Positions 36,809 to 48,215 are shown, numbered from the stretch's first letter. The stretch is 64,000 nucleotides of DNA from Patescibacteria group bacterium (GCA_023473545.1 JAMCXO010000002.1:6340-70339), one strand, 5' to 3'. Numbers and translations are program-made. Notes: a model not told the origin generated them from the sequence alone.

Positions 36809-38257
36809 CTATGCATGGGATATTAGCACATCACCTAGACTAAAGTCAAGAAAGGGCGACAGAAGTACCCCGCATTCTCCTCCTTTTTCCACCTTGGATA
36901 CGATTTCTTTACCTTTTCTCACAGAAACCACATTGCTCTCTCCAATAATCTCTTCGCCTCTTACAAGTCTTACCTTATCTCCTTTTGCAATCCGTCCATC
37001 TCCAACCGAAATACCAAGCACGAAACTCTTGTCAAACGGAAATTTTGCCAGAACCTTAGAGACCCCCAAGATCCTTTCCTCCTCCTGCAGCTTCTTTCCC
37101 TCAACAACGTCTTTTAACTCGTCTACTAATTCATAGATAACCGTATAATTTCTAATAAGCACCTTTTCCTCAAGGGCAAATTTTCCAACTGCTTTTCTTA
37201 ATCCGGCATTAAACCCGATAATAATCGCCCCCTGCCCTTTTGCCATCATTACGTCTTTCTCCGATATTTCACCTGTTTTCTCCTTAAGAATAAAAATCGA
37301 GGAAGGCAGTAGGGCGGTAATCGTCTCCAGGGAACCGATCGTATCTGCCGAGAGAATAATTTTTACCACTGCCTCCTCGGTTGATGCCGTAACCCTGGAT
37401 TGATTTGTCTGCGGCTTATCCCCTAAAGATTCCGGGGTCTGCCCTTTTTTATAAACCAGGCTGCCGACTTTGATGACATCCTCAAACCCCAACACCTCGG
37501 CCGCCTCGCCTTGCCCAATTGTTTGTAAAAAAACGCCCCTTTCGTTTATTAATGCCTTAACCCTGCCTTTAACCCCTTCGGCAATAATCTCATCTCTTAA
37601 AGATAATGTGCCTTTCTTTACGATAACCGTAGCCGCGGGGCCTTTTTTGGAATCAAGATAAGACTCTATGGCAACGCCTTGAAAATTTTCATCCGAAGCC
37701 AAGGAGTATTCTTTATGCATGTCAAAAACAAGAAGTATCAGATCCAAAAGCTCCTTTATATGAAAATCTGTTTTGGCCGAAACCTCTATTGTCGGAATAT
37801 TCCCTCCTAGTCCCTCAAGCACCACCCCGCTTTTGCTAAGCTGTTCTCTAACCATTCGAATATTTTTATTAGGCAGATCTATCTTTGTCAGAACAACAAT
37901 AAACGGTATTTTATAATCAAGCAAAAGCTTGATGCTTTCTTTGGTTTGAGGCATTACTCCATCTGCCGCGGAAACAACCAGTAAGGCTAGGTCGCAGACG
38001 TTCGCGCCTCTTGAACGCATAGCGGAGAATGCTTCATGCCCGGGTGTGTCTATAAAGGTAATTTTTCTTTTAACGCCTTCGGAAACTATCTCGATGCCCG
38101 AGGCGCCTATTTTCTGGGTTATACCGGATACCTCCTTCTTAGCTATATCGGTGTTCCTTATCGCATCAAGAAGGGTTGTTTTGCCGTGATCCACATGCCC
38201 CAAAACCGTAACTACAGGGGGAAAAAACGCAAGGTGTTTTTTATCCGAATTAATCAT
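36809..38257 (-). CDS. infB: Translation initiation factor IF-2 (short, no N-terminal extension)
   Basis: [44 protein letters not shown]. Confidence 0.96.
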   Translation of the reverse strand: MINSDKKHLAFFPPVVTVLGHVDHGKTTLLDAIRNTDIAKKEVSGITQKIGASGIEIVSEGVKRKITFIDTPGHEAFSAMRSRGANVCDLALLVVSAADGVMPQTKESIKLLLDYKIPFIVVLTKIDLPNKNIRMVREQLSKSGVVLEGLGGNIPTIEVSAKTDFHIKELLDLILLVFDMHKEYSLASDENFQGVAIESYLDSKKGPAATVIVKKGTLSLRDEIIAEGVKGRVKALINERGVFLQTIGQGEAAEVLGFEDVIKVGSLVYKKGQTPESLGDKPQTNQSRVTASTEEAVVKIILSADTIGSLETITALLPSSIFILKEKTGEISEKDVMMAKGQGAIIIGFNAGLRKAVGKFALEEKVLIRNYTVIYELVDELKDVVEGKKLQEEERILGVSKVLAKFPFDKSFVLGISVGDGRIAKGDKVRLVRGEEIIGESNVVSVRKGKEIVSKVEKGGECGVLLSPFLDFSLGDVLISHA

Positions 38258-38300
38258 AATAGACCTTAGGGGAAGGGGAAACTTTTAAAAAATATTTTAT

Positions 38301-39347
38301 TTACCTACCGTCTTCCTCTTTTATATCTCCCTCTTGTGATTTCGCAGTTTCCGCCTGTTGTTCTTCTTTTTCTTTAATTTTCTCGGGCTTCTCTTCTGTT
38401 TCTTCCTCTTCCATTTCTATTCTGTAACCTGTAAGCCTTGACGCCAAACGCACATTTTGCCCGTCTTTGCCAATCGCCAGGGACAGTTCATCTTTTGGAA
38501 CGGCTACGATAGCAATTTTGTTTTCCTCATCTATTTTTATGCTTGTATTCTTGGCCGGTGAAAGGGCTTGGGCAATATAGCCTTTAATGTCTTCCTGCCA
38601 TTGAATAATATCTACCTTTTCCAATCCTCCAAGCTCAGCGATAATAGACTGAACCCTTACCCCTTTTTGACCAACGCAGCTTCCCACCGGATCTATGCCC
38701 GGCTGATTCGAATATACCGCCACCTTTGTCCTGTTGCCGGGCTCCCTGGCTATTGTTTTTATTAACACGTTTCCTTGGGCAATTTCCGGAACCTCCCGCT
38801 TAAATAATCCCTCAAGCAAACCGTTATGTGATCTTGAAACGATAATTTCTTCGCCTTTTAGACCTTTTCTAATTTCCGAAACATAGACCGATAACCTCTG
38901 ATTCAGATGATATCTCTCGTTTGGGATTTGCTCGGACGCAGGCATTATCCCCTCGGCCTTACCGATGTCAAAGATTACGTTGGGCCCGGCAAATCTAAGA
39001 ACCATTCCGCTCACAACAGTTCCAACCTTAGTTTTGTAATCGCTTAATATTGCCTCTTTTTCTCTTTCTCTTATTTTTTGAAGAATAACCTGCTTGGCTG
39101 TTTGGGCGGCGATTCTGCCAAATCCCGGAGGCGTTACATCCTTATCCCCGCAAAATATACGGGCTTCTCCTGTATTTTTATTTAAAGTTGCCCTATAATC
39201 TTCTATTTCTATTCCCGGATGGTCCTTCCTGTAAGCCGCAAGAATGGCATTCTCGACTGCTTCAATAACAACGGAGGCGTCTATCCCTCTTTCTGTTACC
39301 ACCTGGTTCAAGGCTAGGACGAATTCACTTCTTTGTATTGCCGGCAT
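38301..39347 (-). CDS. nusA: Transcription factor NusA
   Basis: FGRIAAQTAKQV, AREPGNRTKVAV, DPVGSCVG, AIGKDGQNVRLA. Confidence 0.97.
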   Translation of the reverse strand: MPAIQRSEFVLALNQVVTERGIDASVVIEAVENAILAAYRKDHPGIEIEDYRATLNKNTGEARIFCGDKDVTPPGFGRIAAQTAKQVILQKIREREKEAILSDYKTKVGTVVSGMVLRFAGPNVIFDIGKAEGIMPASEQIPNERYHLNQRLSVYVSEIRKGLKGEEIIVSRSHNGLLEGLFKREVPEIAQGNVLIKTIAREPGNRTKVAVYSNQPGIDPVGSCVGQKGVRVQSIIAELGGLEKVDIIQWQEDIKGYIAQALSPAKNTSIKIDEENKIAIVAVPKDELSLAIGKDGQNVRLASRLTGYRIEMEEEETEEKPEKIKEKEEQQAETAKSQEGDIKEEDGR

Positions 39348-39399
39348 AGTTTTGTAAGTATATCAAATCAGGCCATGGCCTTCAAGCGGCGGATAGAAA

Positions 39400-40527
39400 T
39401 TAGCGGATCAGCTTAGCCGAGGAGGTGGCAGTAATGCCTTCTGGCGTAACCAAGCAGTGGCTGTATTTTATCTCACAGCCAACATATTTTTGAATCTCCG
39501 AAAAATTCCCATTTCCCTTCCTTGGAATAAGCACCCATTCCCAGTCATATTTTTCCCCTGTCGGCGGATTTATCAAAAGTCCGAGCCGTCCGGTTGCGCT
39601 ATCTCCATAGTCCAATACACTGGTTTTAATTTGAGCATTCTTCATCTTTTCGGCAAGTCTTATAAAATCATCAAATTCGCTTTCTTTGATGTCCGTATCT
39701 ATACTGTTTTTAAGCGTATTATATAGTCCGATTATCTTGGCCGGGTTTAGAAGTGTCTGGGCAGAAAAGATTTTGTCTCTAAAGGCCTTAATTACCTTTT
39801 CCTGTCTTTTCGATCGGGCAAAATCCGTTCCTTCGGGTCCCAGGGCGTGCCGGGAACGCACAAACTCCAAAGCCTGTTCCCCGTTCATGTGCTGGAGGCC
39901 TTTGTTAAAATGAATATGCATATAGCGGCAGGGAAACATTTGCAGGTTCGAAAGCGTAGCAGATAGGCTGGCCATTGCCTTAATTTCTTCCGGCGTACGG
40001 CCGCAAGAATCGTTCTTCTTGCCCTTTATTGGATACGCATAGTCATCAAAAGATCTGTCAACAGAAATATCAAGTCCTCCTACCAAATCCACCGCCTTTA
40101 CAAATCCGTTAAAATCTACGCGAAGACCATAATCTATGGGCTGATTTAAAATCCTGCTAACGGTTGCCTCCGCCAATAAAAGTCCTTTATGTTTGTTATT
40201 ATTTTGCCCCAGGGCGTATGCCGTATTAATTTTACCCTTTAAATCCGGCACCCAAAGATCCCTGGGTATGGATATAATGTTAACCTTATTTGTTTTTTGA
40301 TCTATACTCATAAAGATAATGGTGTCTGTGAGGTTTGGCCCGTCGTGACTGCCGCCGCCCGTACCAAGCAAAAGCAAATTTATATGATCGTCGTTTTTTT
40401 TAAGTGCTATGTTATTAGTAAACATAAACTGCCATAAGAAAGGCAGATTTTTATTGATAAAAAAAGCCGCCAGCCCAAGCAAGGCAATAAATACCAACGC
40501 AATATAAAATAATATTTTCTTATTCAT
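39400..40527 (-). CDS. LCP (LytR-CpsA-Psr) family cell-wall glycopolymer transferase
   Basis: LTDTI, ISIPRDLWV, KINTAY, FVKAVDLVGG, ALEFVRSRH, DFARSKRQ. Confidence 0.93.
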   Translation of the reverse strand: MNKKILFYIALVFIALLGLAAFFINKNLPFLWQFMFTNNIALKKNDDHINLLLLGTGGGSHDGPNLTDTIIFMSIDQKTNKVNIISIPRDLWVPDLKGKINTAYALGQNNNKHKGLLLAEATVSRILNQPIDYGLRVDFNGFVKAVDLVGGLDISVDRSFDDYAYPIKGKKNDSCGRTPEEIKAMASLSATLSNLQMFPCRYMHIHFNKGLQHMNGEQALEFVRSRHALGPEGTDFARSKRQEKVIKAFRDKIFSAQTLLNPAKIIGLYNTLKNSIDTDIKESEFDDFIRLAEKMKNAQIKTSVLDYGDSATGRLGLLINPPTGEKYDWEWVLIPRKGNGNFSEIQKYVGCEIKYSHCLVTPEGITATSSAKLIR

Positions 40528-40531
40528 TTTT

Positions 40532-41206
40532 CTATGAAGATTTTACGATTGCGGCAAATTCTAAAGGATCAAGACTTCCGCCCCCCACCAAAACCCCATC
40601 AATGTGTTCTTGGCTTGTAAAGCCGTGAATGTTCCCCGCGCTCACGCTCCCGCCGTATAAAACGGGCACGCCGCCGAGTTTGCTTTTGATTTCTCCCGCC
40701 ATTTTTTCCGCGTTTTCAGGAGTATCAGCAACACCGGAACCGATAGCAAATAAGGGCTCATAGGCAATGATGTAATTTTTAATTTTTAATTTTAAATTTT
40801 TGACTTGCTCTAAATTAGATATACAAATTATGGGAATTAAATCATGCCTTATGGACTGCTCAATTTTTTTTAAAATCATGTTCTCTTCTTCTCCAAAATA
40901 TCTTCTTCTTTCCGAATGCCCGATGATGACATAATCAGCAAACTCCTTAATCTGTCTTCCACTTACCTCTCCCGTATAAGCCCCTTCCTCAAAAGGCGAA
41001 ATATCCTGAGCGCCTAATTTGATTAATGATTTATAATTAATGATTAATGATTTAAGAATAGGCAGCAGGATAAAAGGCGGACAAACAATGATTTTCCTCT
41101 TGTCTCTTGTCTCTTGCCTGATGCCTGATACTTTCCGAAGCCACTCTTTGGCCTCCGGTTCGGTCTTATTCGCTTTCCAGTTGGCCACAATAAATAAAGG
41201 TTTCAT
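40532..41206 (-). CDS. tpiA: Triosephosphate isomerase
   Basis: VANWK, GAYTGEVS, IIGHSERR, IAYEP, VLYGGSV, DGVLVGGGSL. Confidence 0.96.
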   Translation of the reverse strand: MKPLFIVANWKANKTEPEAKEWLRKVSGIRQETRDKRKIIVCPPFILLPILKSLIINYKSLIKLGAQDISPFEEGAYTGEVSGRQIKEFADYVIIGHSERRRYFGEEENMILKKIEQSIRHDLIPIICISNLEQVKNLKLKIKNYIIAYEPLFAIGSGVADTPENAEKMAGEIKSKLGGVPVLYGGSVSAGNIHGFTSQEHIDGVLVGGGSLDPLEFAAIVKSS

Positions 41207-41242
41207 ATGGTAAAATTATAAACAGTCTATTCATTATACGCT

Positions 41243-43132
41243 ATGGACAATAATTTTCTCAATGAGCTGAATAAGGAACAAAAGAAAGCGGTTGAGCAAA
41301 CCGATGGGCCAATGATAATTTTGGCCGGTGCAGGATCCGGCAAAACCAGGGTTATTACCTATAAGGTGATTTTTCTTATTAAACAAGGGGTTGCGGCGCA
41401 AAATATCCTCTGTGTTACTTTCACCAATAAAGCCGCCAATGAAATGAAAGAGCGAATCCAAAAACTTCTCACTACGAACGAGAAACGACCAACGGCTAAA
41501 GACCAGCCGCTCATTACCACCTTCCACTCCCTCTCTGCCAAAATCTTAAGAATTGAAGGAGAGGCAATCGGCATTCCCCAAGGCTTTATCATTTATGATG
41601 AGAATGACCAGCTCGATGCGGTAAAAGAAGCAATGAAAAACCTTAATCTTTCCGCTAAGAATTACAAGCCTTCTTCCGTTCTGTTTTCAATCTCAAGCGC
41701 CAAAAACGAGCTTTTAACGCCTCCTGACTACAAAAATTTGGCCCGGGGCCATTTTCAGGAAGTTGTCGCAAGTATCTATTTTGTCTATCAAAAAATCTTA
41801 AAAGAAAACGGTGCTTTGGATTTTGACGATTTACTGATGAAAACCATTGAACTTTTTGAAAAAGAGCCGCCGGTGTTGGCAAAATATCAAAACCGCTTTC
41901 GCTATATCTTGGTTGATGAATATCAGGATACCAACCGAGCCCAGTATATTCTGACAAAAATGCTCTGCCTCAAATGGCAAAATATCTGTGTGGTAGGCGA
42001 TTTTTCCCAAAGCATCTACTCATGGCGCGGGGCGGATTTTACCAATTTAACTAAATTTAGACGGGATTTCAAAGAAGTGAAAATTTTTGAACTCCCCCAA
42101 AACTACCGCTCCACCCAAAAAATTCTGGACGCGGCCACCTCGGTTATTTCTCATAATACCACCCATCCGATCCTGACGCTTTGGACAGAAAATCCCCACG
42201 GAGAAAATATTACTGTTTATGAGGCAAGGAATGAGCAAAACGAAGGAGAATTTATTGTCAATCAAATTTTAAACTTTAAGTTTCAGTCCGCCAACCGGCA
42301 AACAGACTTCAAATATTGCGACACTGCTGTTCTTTACAGAACTAACGCCCAGTCACGGGTCATCGAGGAGATTTTTTTACATAGCGGCATCCCCTATGTC
42401 TTAATCGGGGGCACCAGATTCTATGAGAGGCGCGAGATAAAAGATGTCCTAGCCTACCTGCGCCTTTTAGCCAACCCCAAAGACATGATTTCCTACAAAA
42501 GAATTGAAAAACTGGGCAAGGGAAGAATGGGAAAATTTCTCAGCTACCAAGAGCACTTAAATAATACATATCATTTAGACAAAACAGCTAATCTGCCTCC
42601 TACCATCACGTTATTAGATGGCGTTCTAAAGACAACCGACTATCTTTCTCTTTACGACGCAAGGGACGAAGAAGACAAACAACGCCTCGAAAATATTAAG
42701 GAACTGCGCTCGGTGGCGGTAGAATTTCCCGGCCTAATCGCTTTTTTGGAGAATGTCTCTCTGGTCGAACAGGAATACCTGCCTGATCATCCGCTTCGAA
42801 ACGGAGAGAAAAAAGACGCGGTAGTACTTATGACCCTCCACGCGGCAAAGGGACTTGAGTTCAAAATAGTTTTCATGGTTGGCATGGAAGAGGGGCTTTT
42901 TCCCCATTCCAGAAGTCTAATGGATAAGAATGAATTGGAAGAAGAGAGAAGGCTTTGCTATGTTGGCATAACAAGGGCCAGGGAAAGGCTTTTCTTAAGT
43001 TATGCCCGAAGGCGCTTATTTTTTGGACAGAAAACCGCGAATGTGGTTTCAAGATTTATCTTTGAGCTGCCGGAGGATGTTCTCAAGAAAAATCTTAAAT
43101 CTCAAAATCAGAATGATCTTAAGTATCTATGA
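41243..43132 (+). CDS. uvrD: ATP-dependent DNA helicase UvrD/PcrA
   Basis: AGAGSGKT, TFTNKAA, VDEYQDTN, QSIYSWRGA, NYRST, TLHAAKGLEF, EERRLCYVGITRA. Confidence 0.95.
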   Translation: MDNNFLNELNKEQKKAVEQTDGPMIILAGAGSGKTRVITYKVIFLIKQGVAAQNILCVTFTNKAANEMKERIQKLLTTNEKRPTAKDQPLITTFHSLSAKILRIEGEAIGIPQGFIIYDENDQLDAVKEAMKNLNLSAKNYKPSSVLFSISSAKNELLTPPDYKNLARGHFQEVVASIYFVYQKILKENGALDFDDLLMKTIELFEKEPPVLAKYQNRFRYILVDEYQDTNRAQYILTKMLCLKWQNICVVGDFSQSIYSWRGADFTNLTKFRRDFKEVKIFELPQNYRSTQKILDAATSVISHNTTHPILTLWTENPHGENITVYEARNEQNEGEFIVNQILNFKFQSANRQTDFKYCDTAVLYRTNAQSRVIEEIFLHSGIPYVLIGGTRFYERREIKDVLAYLRLLANPKDMISYKRIEKLGKGRMGKFLSYQEHLNNTYHLDKTANLPPTITLLDGVLKTTDYLSLYDARDEEDKQRLENIKELRSVAVEFPGLIAFLENVSLVEQEYLPDHPLRNGEKKDAVVLMTLHAAKGLEFKIVFMVGMEEGLFPHSRSLMDKNELEEERRLCYVGITRARERLFLSYARRRLFFGQKTANVVSRFIFELPEDVLKKNLKSQNQNDLKYL

Positions 43133-44115
43133 ATAACGGCAATAATGAATACGCAGGGCATCCTTTGCAGAGTCTTGAGTGGGGAAAATTCAGACAAAAA
43201 ACAAAGGTAAAGGTTATTCGCCAAAACGGCTGGCAGATTACGATTCACAAAATCCCTCACACTCCTTGGGCAATAGGCTATTTTCCTAAGGGTCCCCCCC
43301 CGGATAAAGAAATGCTCAAACATCTTATACGAATTGGCAAAGATAATCATTGTATTTTTATTCAGCTGGAACCAAACGCGCAAAAAATTTCAAATTTCAA
43401 ATTTCAAATTTCAAATTTAGGATTACGTCCTTCCTTCCACCCTTTATTTACCAAATATACTTTTATTCTTGATTTAACAAAATCCGAAGAGGAATTATTG
43501 AAAAACATGCATCCTAAAACCCGGTACAACATTAAGATTGCCCAAAAGCACGCTGTGACAATCGTTGAGGATAATTCGGATAAGGCCTTTGAAGAATATC
43601 TAAAACTGACTAAGGAAACAACAAAACGGCAAGGTTTTTTTGCCCATGATGAAAAATATCACCGGCTGATGTGGGAAACCTTAAAAAGCCAAAAGCCAGA
43701 CGAAAATAAGCTAACCGCACATTTACTGTTAGCAAAATTCCGCCCTCCGAAATCTGGAATACGAGATCTGACCCTTGCCGCCTGGATTCTCTTTGTTTAC
43801 GGCGGCACCCTTTACTATCCTTACGGGGCGTCTTCCGATCAATATCGAAACGTGATGGCTTCAAGTCTAATGATGTGGGAGGCAATCAGATTCGGCAAGA
43901 AACTGGGTCTTAAAAAATTTGATATGTGGGGATCTCTTGGCCCAAATCCTAATAAGGAAGATCCATGGTATGGATTCCATCGGTTTAAGCAAGGTTATAA
44001 AGCAGAATTGGTCGAATTCGTCGGCAGCTTCGATTTGGTTATCAACCCTTTGCTCTATGTAATTCTTAGGATAACAGATCGTTTGCGTTGGTTTTTGCTC
44101 CGATTTATAAGATGA
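43129..44115 (+). CDS. FemABX/MurM-family peptidoglycan bridge aminoacyltransferase
   Basis: HPLQSLEWG, PKGP, KTRYNI, YYPYGAS, MWEAI, FDMWG, GFHRFKQG. Confidence 0.9.
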   Translation: MNNGNNEYAGHPLQSLEWGKFRQKTKVKVIRQNGWQITIHKIPHTPWAIGYFPKGPPPDKEMLKHLIRIGKDNHCIFIQLEPNAQKISNFKFQISNLGLRPSFHPLFTKYTFILDLTKSEEELLKNMHPKTRYNIKIAQKHAVTIVEDNSDKAFEEYLKLTKETTKRQGFFAHDEKYHRLMWETLKSQKPDENKLTAHLLLAKFRPPKSGIRDLTLAAWILFVYGGTLYYPYGASSDQYRNVMASSLMMWEAIRFGKKLGLKKFDMWGSLGPNPNKEDPWYGFHRFKQGYKAELVEFVGSFDLVINPLLYVILRITDRLRWFLLRFIR

Positions 44116-45842
44116 TGCTCGCCAGAAGGATACTAAATAGGTTAGAAAAGACAAATCTTCTTTATCTTTTTACCGTCATTTTTATTTTCGCCTTTATTGT
44201 TTACGGCCTATCGCTTTTTAACGGCTTTGTTTGGGACGACGAAGAGCAGGTTACGGCAAATTCCATCATACAGCATCTCTCCAATATCCCATACCTTTTT
44301 GCCACCAGCACCTTTAATAACGGAGGAGCCAGCGGCCTTTCCGGATTATACTATAAACCGCTAATGCCGGTATCGTTTGCCTTAAACTACGCAATCTGGC
44401 AAGGCCACCCGTTCGGTTTTCATCTGTTCAGTCTTGCCTTGCATATATTAAATACCTTTTTGGTGTTTATTCTTTTTAAGAAACTTTTTTCCTGGAAAGG
44501 ATTTAATTACGCAAACAGTATCTCCTTTCTGCTAGCGCTGTTATTCCTGGTTCATCCGGCAAATGTTGAAAGCGTTTCCTACATAGCAAGCACCCAGGAA
44601 CTTTTGTATACGTTTTTTACGCTAATTTGTGTTATTGTCTCTTTAACTTATTTTCTGGATAATAAAACCTCTTTTAAAATACTGCTTTTTATTAATGCCG
44701 CTATCTTGCTGTCTTTGCTGTCCAAGGAATCGGGTATTATCTCCATACCATTGGTAATAATGCTTAGTTTTCTTTTCAAGAAGAAAAAACTTTACGTTAT
44801 AGCCTCAAGCGCTGTTACTTTTTTAATTTATTTAACACTGCGCTTTGCTGTTGCCAAAACGCCTATTTTTAACAGCAAATCAATCGTGCCCATAGCCCAG
44901 GCAGATTTCCCAACCAGGCTAAAGACGGTTCCCTATGAATTGTTTTCCTATATTCGATTGCTATTTTTTCCAAAAGACCTGTTCGTTGCCCAATATAACG
45001 TAATTAAAAGCATCTCTGATCCAAGATTTTATTTATGCCTTGCTGCCTGTTTAATATTTTTCTCCATATTGATTATTTTCTATAGAAGAATCAAATCTAG
45101 GCTGTATCTGTTTTTTTTATTTTGGTTTATCTTCGCGATAGGGATTGTTTTAAATATTTATCCTTTGGATATGACCATTGCCGAACGATGGCTGTATGGC
45201 CCCATGATAGCGTTACTTGGCATGATCGGAACGGTTATCCTTTTCTGCGCTAAGAAAGACAATAGAATCATCGTCTGGTTTTCTATACTCTGTCTTTTTG
45301 TTATTCCTCTCTTTGCCGCAAGAAGCCTTATCCGCTCGATTGACTGGAAAAGCGACTTTAGCCTATTTTCGCATGATATTAAATATTCCGGTAATTCATT
45401 TGAGGCTCAAAACAATCTCGGCGTCGCGCTTTTTAGAAAGGGAAAATTCAAAGATGCCAAAATCCATTTTGAAAAATCAATAGCCTTATCTCCAAAATGG
45501 TGGACATCCTATAACAACTTAGGCGTTGTCTATGAACGGGAAGATAATCTGCCCAAGGCGTTAAGTCTTTACAAAAAATCCATCGTAAACGGCAACTATT
45601 ACTTAGGCTATGAAAATTTTGCCAAAATACTTTTCCGCGAGAAAAAATGGAGCCAGCTTATCAGATTTACGAAAAACGCCCTTGTTAAATTACCGCTTAA
45701 CGAAACGTTAAATAAATTGGCCGCGGTTTCCTATTACCGGACTAATAAAATGGCCAAAGCCAGGCTCTATGCCAAACAGGCTTTCCTGATTGATCCTTCT
45801 TCCGGAAACTACGCGTTTCTTCAGTTTCTTGAGAATAGATGA
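44112..45842 (+). CDS. TMTC-like GT-C membrane glycosyltransferase with C-terminal TPRs
   Basis: FVWDD, YYKPL, HPANVESVSYI, SKE and AERWLY motifs; TPRs (NNLGV); probable start ATG 44112. Confidence 0.8.
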   Translation: MMLARRILNRLEKTNLLYLFTVIFIFAFIVYGLSLFNGFVWDDEEQVTANSIIQHLSNIPYLFATSTFNNGGASGLSGLYYKPLMPVSFALNYAIWQGHPFGFHLFSLALHILNTFLVFILFKKLFSWKGFNYANSISFLLALLFLVHPANVESVSYIASTQELLYTFFTLICVIVSLTYFLDNKTSFKILLFINAAILLSLLSKESGIISIPLVIMLSFLFKKKKLYVIASSAVTFLIYLTLRFAVAKTPIFNSKSIVPIAQADFPTRLKTVPYELFSYIRLLFFPKDLFVAQYNVIKSISDPRFYLCLAACLIFFSILIIFYRRIKSRLYLFFLFWFIFAIGIVLNIYPLDMTIAERWLYGPMIALLGMIGTVILFCAKKDNRIIVWFSILCLFVIPLFAARSLIRSIDWKSDFSLFSHDIKYSGNSFEAQNNLGVALFRKGKFKDAKIHFEKSIALSPKWWTSYNNLGVVYEREDNLPKALSLYKKSIVNGNYYLGYENFAKILFREKKWSQLIRFTKNALVKLPLNETLNKLAAVSYYRTNKMAKARLYAKQAFLIDPSSGNYAFLQFLENR

Positions 45843-45852
45843 ATCGCGGGAT

Positions 45853-47580
45853 TTATCTTTTTTGCTGATGGTACATGCTTATTAGCTCTTTTACGCTGGT
45901 GGCGTCTTCCGCCTTTTTATCAACGCCTCTAAATGAAACCAAGCGGGGAAATCTTAAGGCATACCCCGGCTCCTCCCCGGTCTTTCCGGCGGTATGGATT
46001 GGGGAGCGGGTAATTTCATCCGCCAAAACCTCAACAACAATCTTTGGTTCAACCCAAACGCTTGGCGTGATTAAAGAATTGACCCTTGCCGGCTTAGCCT
46101 GAACCTTAAATTTTGAACTTTGAACTTTTATTTCCCGCCACTCCTCATCCGTTAGTCCGGTGCCGATTTTGGAAACCGTTACAAACTCATCTTTTTTATC
46201 ATCATAAAGCCCTGCCAAAAGCGCTCCCGCGCCAAAGGCTGTCCTTTTCCCTTTGCCGGAAATATAACCTAAAACCACGCAGTCAATTGTATCGCGCAGC
46301 TCTCCGGCTGAATGCCGTTTGAGCTTGACCCAGTTAAAATTTCTTCCTCCTGCCTCGTATTTACTCTCAAGTTTTTTTACCACTATCCCTTCCAAACCTT
46401 TAGAGATTGCGTCATCAAGAATTAAACCAAGTTTTTTCGGATCCGAAACCCTTTGATCTTTGGTTGGAATAAGAATACCATTCTCTTTAATTGTCCCGTG
46501 AAGTATTTCAAGCCTTTTATAAAGCGGCTCGTCAATTAAAGATCTTCCGTTTTCATAAAGAATGTCAAAAACGAATGCCTTAAGAGGCAGTTTTTGGGCC
46601 ATTTCTTCAATACCGTATTTTCGGCGCCTTTTGGTGGTTTCCTGAAAAGGCAGAAATTCTTCGGACTCCAGATTGTATGCTAATGCCTCGGCATCAAGAA
46701 TTGCTGTTTTAGCCTTTACCTGCCTTATTGTTCCTTCGATAAGCTCTGGAAACATATTGGTCATGTTCTCAAGGTTTCTGGAAAACATAAAGACCTCTTT
46801 GCCATTCTTATGGATTTGGATCCTGAATCCATCGTATTTATACTGCGCGTCAACCTCTCTCATTTTCTCAATGACTTTATCCGTAGTCGTAAGACGCTCG
46901 CAGAGTTCCGACCTTATTGGCTTACCAACCTGGACTTTAAGTTTTTCAACCTCATTTAATCCTTTATCAAAAAGGGTTTTGGCAATAAGACCAAGATCTG
47001 ATGTTCGGTTATAAGCTCCTTCCAAAAGCTTTCTTTTAGAACGGTCTCCTAATTTTGCCTTTGCCAACGCGTCCAGAATGGTTGGGTCCCCAATGCCTAA
47101 GCGAAGATTTCCCAAAGGAATGCGAACCAGATGTTTTGCCGAGATCGGATCCAGTTTTTTAAGAAGATCTGATAGGAGGAACTGCTTTCTTTCAACCGTT
47201 CCGGTACCTTTTGTCTTGGCAATCTGAACCAGAATATTAAATACTTCTGTAACCGATAAATCTTGGAGTTTGGACTTTGGGTTTTGGGTTAGCTGTACCG
47301 CAACTATCCCCATGTCGCCTAGTTTGGTATACAATCCCAGAACTTCTTCTTTCTTGGAACCATACGCCAGTGCCATTGCCTGGGCAACCGTCTTCTCCGC
47401 CATGCCAATTTCTAAAGGCTCAAAAAAAGGGGCGATTCTCCCTTGCGTCAGATAGATAACCTTTTCTACCTCGCTTTTTGAACATTGTTTAAAAAGATCG
47501 GAAAGAATATCAATAAGGGCAAGGCGCGAGGGAGTTTTTTCAAGTTTTTCAAAATAATCCGCCAGAAGGGAAAACCGCAT
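45853..47580 (-). CDS. ATP-dependent DNA ligase (full-length, with DNA-binding domain)
   Basis: KYDGFRIQIH adenylation motif, EGIVVK, WVKLK, KIGTG, ALRFPR; probable start MRFS at 47580. Confidence 0.95.
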   Translation of the reverse strand: MRFSLLADYFEKLEKTPSRLALIDILSDLFKQCSKSEVEKVIYLTQGRIAPFFEPLEIGMAEKTVAQAMALAYGSKKEEVLGLYTKLGDMGIVAVQLTQNPKSKLQDLSVTEVFNILVQIAKTKGTGTVERKQFLLSDLLKKLDPISAKHLVRIPLGNLRLGIGDPTILDALAKAKLGDRSKRKLLEGAYNRTSDLGLIAKTLFDKGLNEVEKLKVQVGKPIRSELCERLTTTDKVIEKMREVDAQYKYDGFRIQIHKNGKEVFMFSRNLENMTNMFPELIEGTIRQVKAKTAILDAEALAYNLESEEFLPFQETTKRRRKYGIEEMAQKLPLKAFVFDILYENGRSLIDEPLYKRLEILHGTIKENGILIPTKDQRVSDPKKLGLILDDAISKGLEGIVVKKLESKYEAGGRNFNWVKLKRHSAGELRDTIDCVVLGYISGKGKRTAFGAGALLAGLYDDKKDEFVTVSKIGTGLTDEEWREIKVQSSKFKVQAKPARVNSLITPSVWVEPKIVVEVLADEITRSPIHTAGKTGEEPGYALRFPRLVSFRGVDKKAEDATSVKELISMYHQQKR

Positions 47581-47624
47581 ACAGAAGTATTTTAACATAA
47601 AAATATGCTATACTTTGCTTTTAT

Positions 47625-48215
47625 ATGGACAAAGAGAAAGAGGGGGAACCAAAAACAGAATTAACAATCCTGCCTCCTGCTGTTTCGCTGGCACTGGGCA
47701 CGTGGATAACAACCAATATCTTATCACAAGATAGAATCAACGCGCTACAGCAGCAGATTAAATCGGTTGGCGACCCGCTATTTAAAGGAGTGTTGGAAGA
47801 GGCTATGTCACAACTGCAGGAAAACCTAACGGGATTGGCAAGAGATCTCCGGGAAGGAAGGGTTGCTCTCGCGCAAAATCCTCAAAGCCCACACTTTGAT
47901 CAATCGCCACACTTTATATTTCAAAACGTAGAGCCGCCAGCACAAATGCCTACTGAACTGCCAGAGGGAGAACTATTTTTAGGCAATCCTCAAGCAACAA
48001 TGTTTATACTCACGTTTGCCGAACGTTTTGATAATTGGATTACTCCATTCGGACTCGACAGGAGAATCTATGCAAATTTATTACCGGTGAAAAAAGAAGT
48101 AGATGGACTAAAAAATGTTCCTAATGGTCTAATGATTAATATTGACAAAGATCGTAAAACGGCATCCTTAAATCCAGCGCCTGCCCAAAATCTTCCTGAA
48201 ACTTCGGACCTATAA
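47625..48215 (+). CDS. Hypothetical protein
   Basis: 196-aa ORF with TGcTATACT upstream; no recognisable motif. Confidence 0.65.
   Translation: MDKEKEGEPKTELTILPPAVSLALGTWITTNILSQDRINALQQQIKSVGDPLFKGVLEEAMSQLQENLTGLARDLREGRVALAQNPQSPHFDQSPHFIFQNVEPPAQMPTELPEGELFLGNPQATMFILTFAERFDNWITPFGLDRRIYANLLPVKKEVDGLKNVPNGLMINIDKDRKTASLNPAPAQNLPETSDL

Noticed and set aside
43385-43419. Short repeat arrays as CRISPR or frameshift phase-variation loci
   Set aside because: No repeat-spacer structure or cas genes; host genes are in frame and many are essential, so ON/OFF switching is unlikely.
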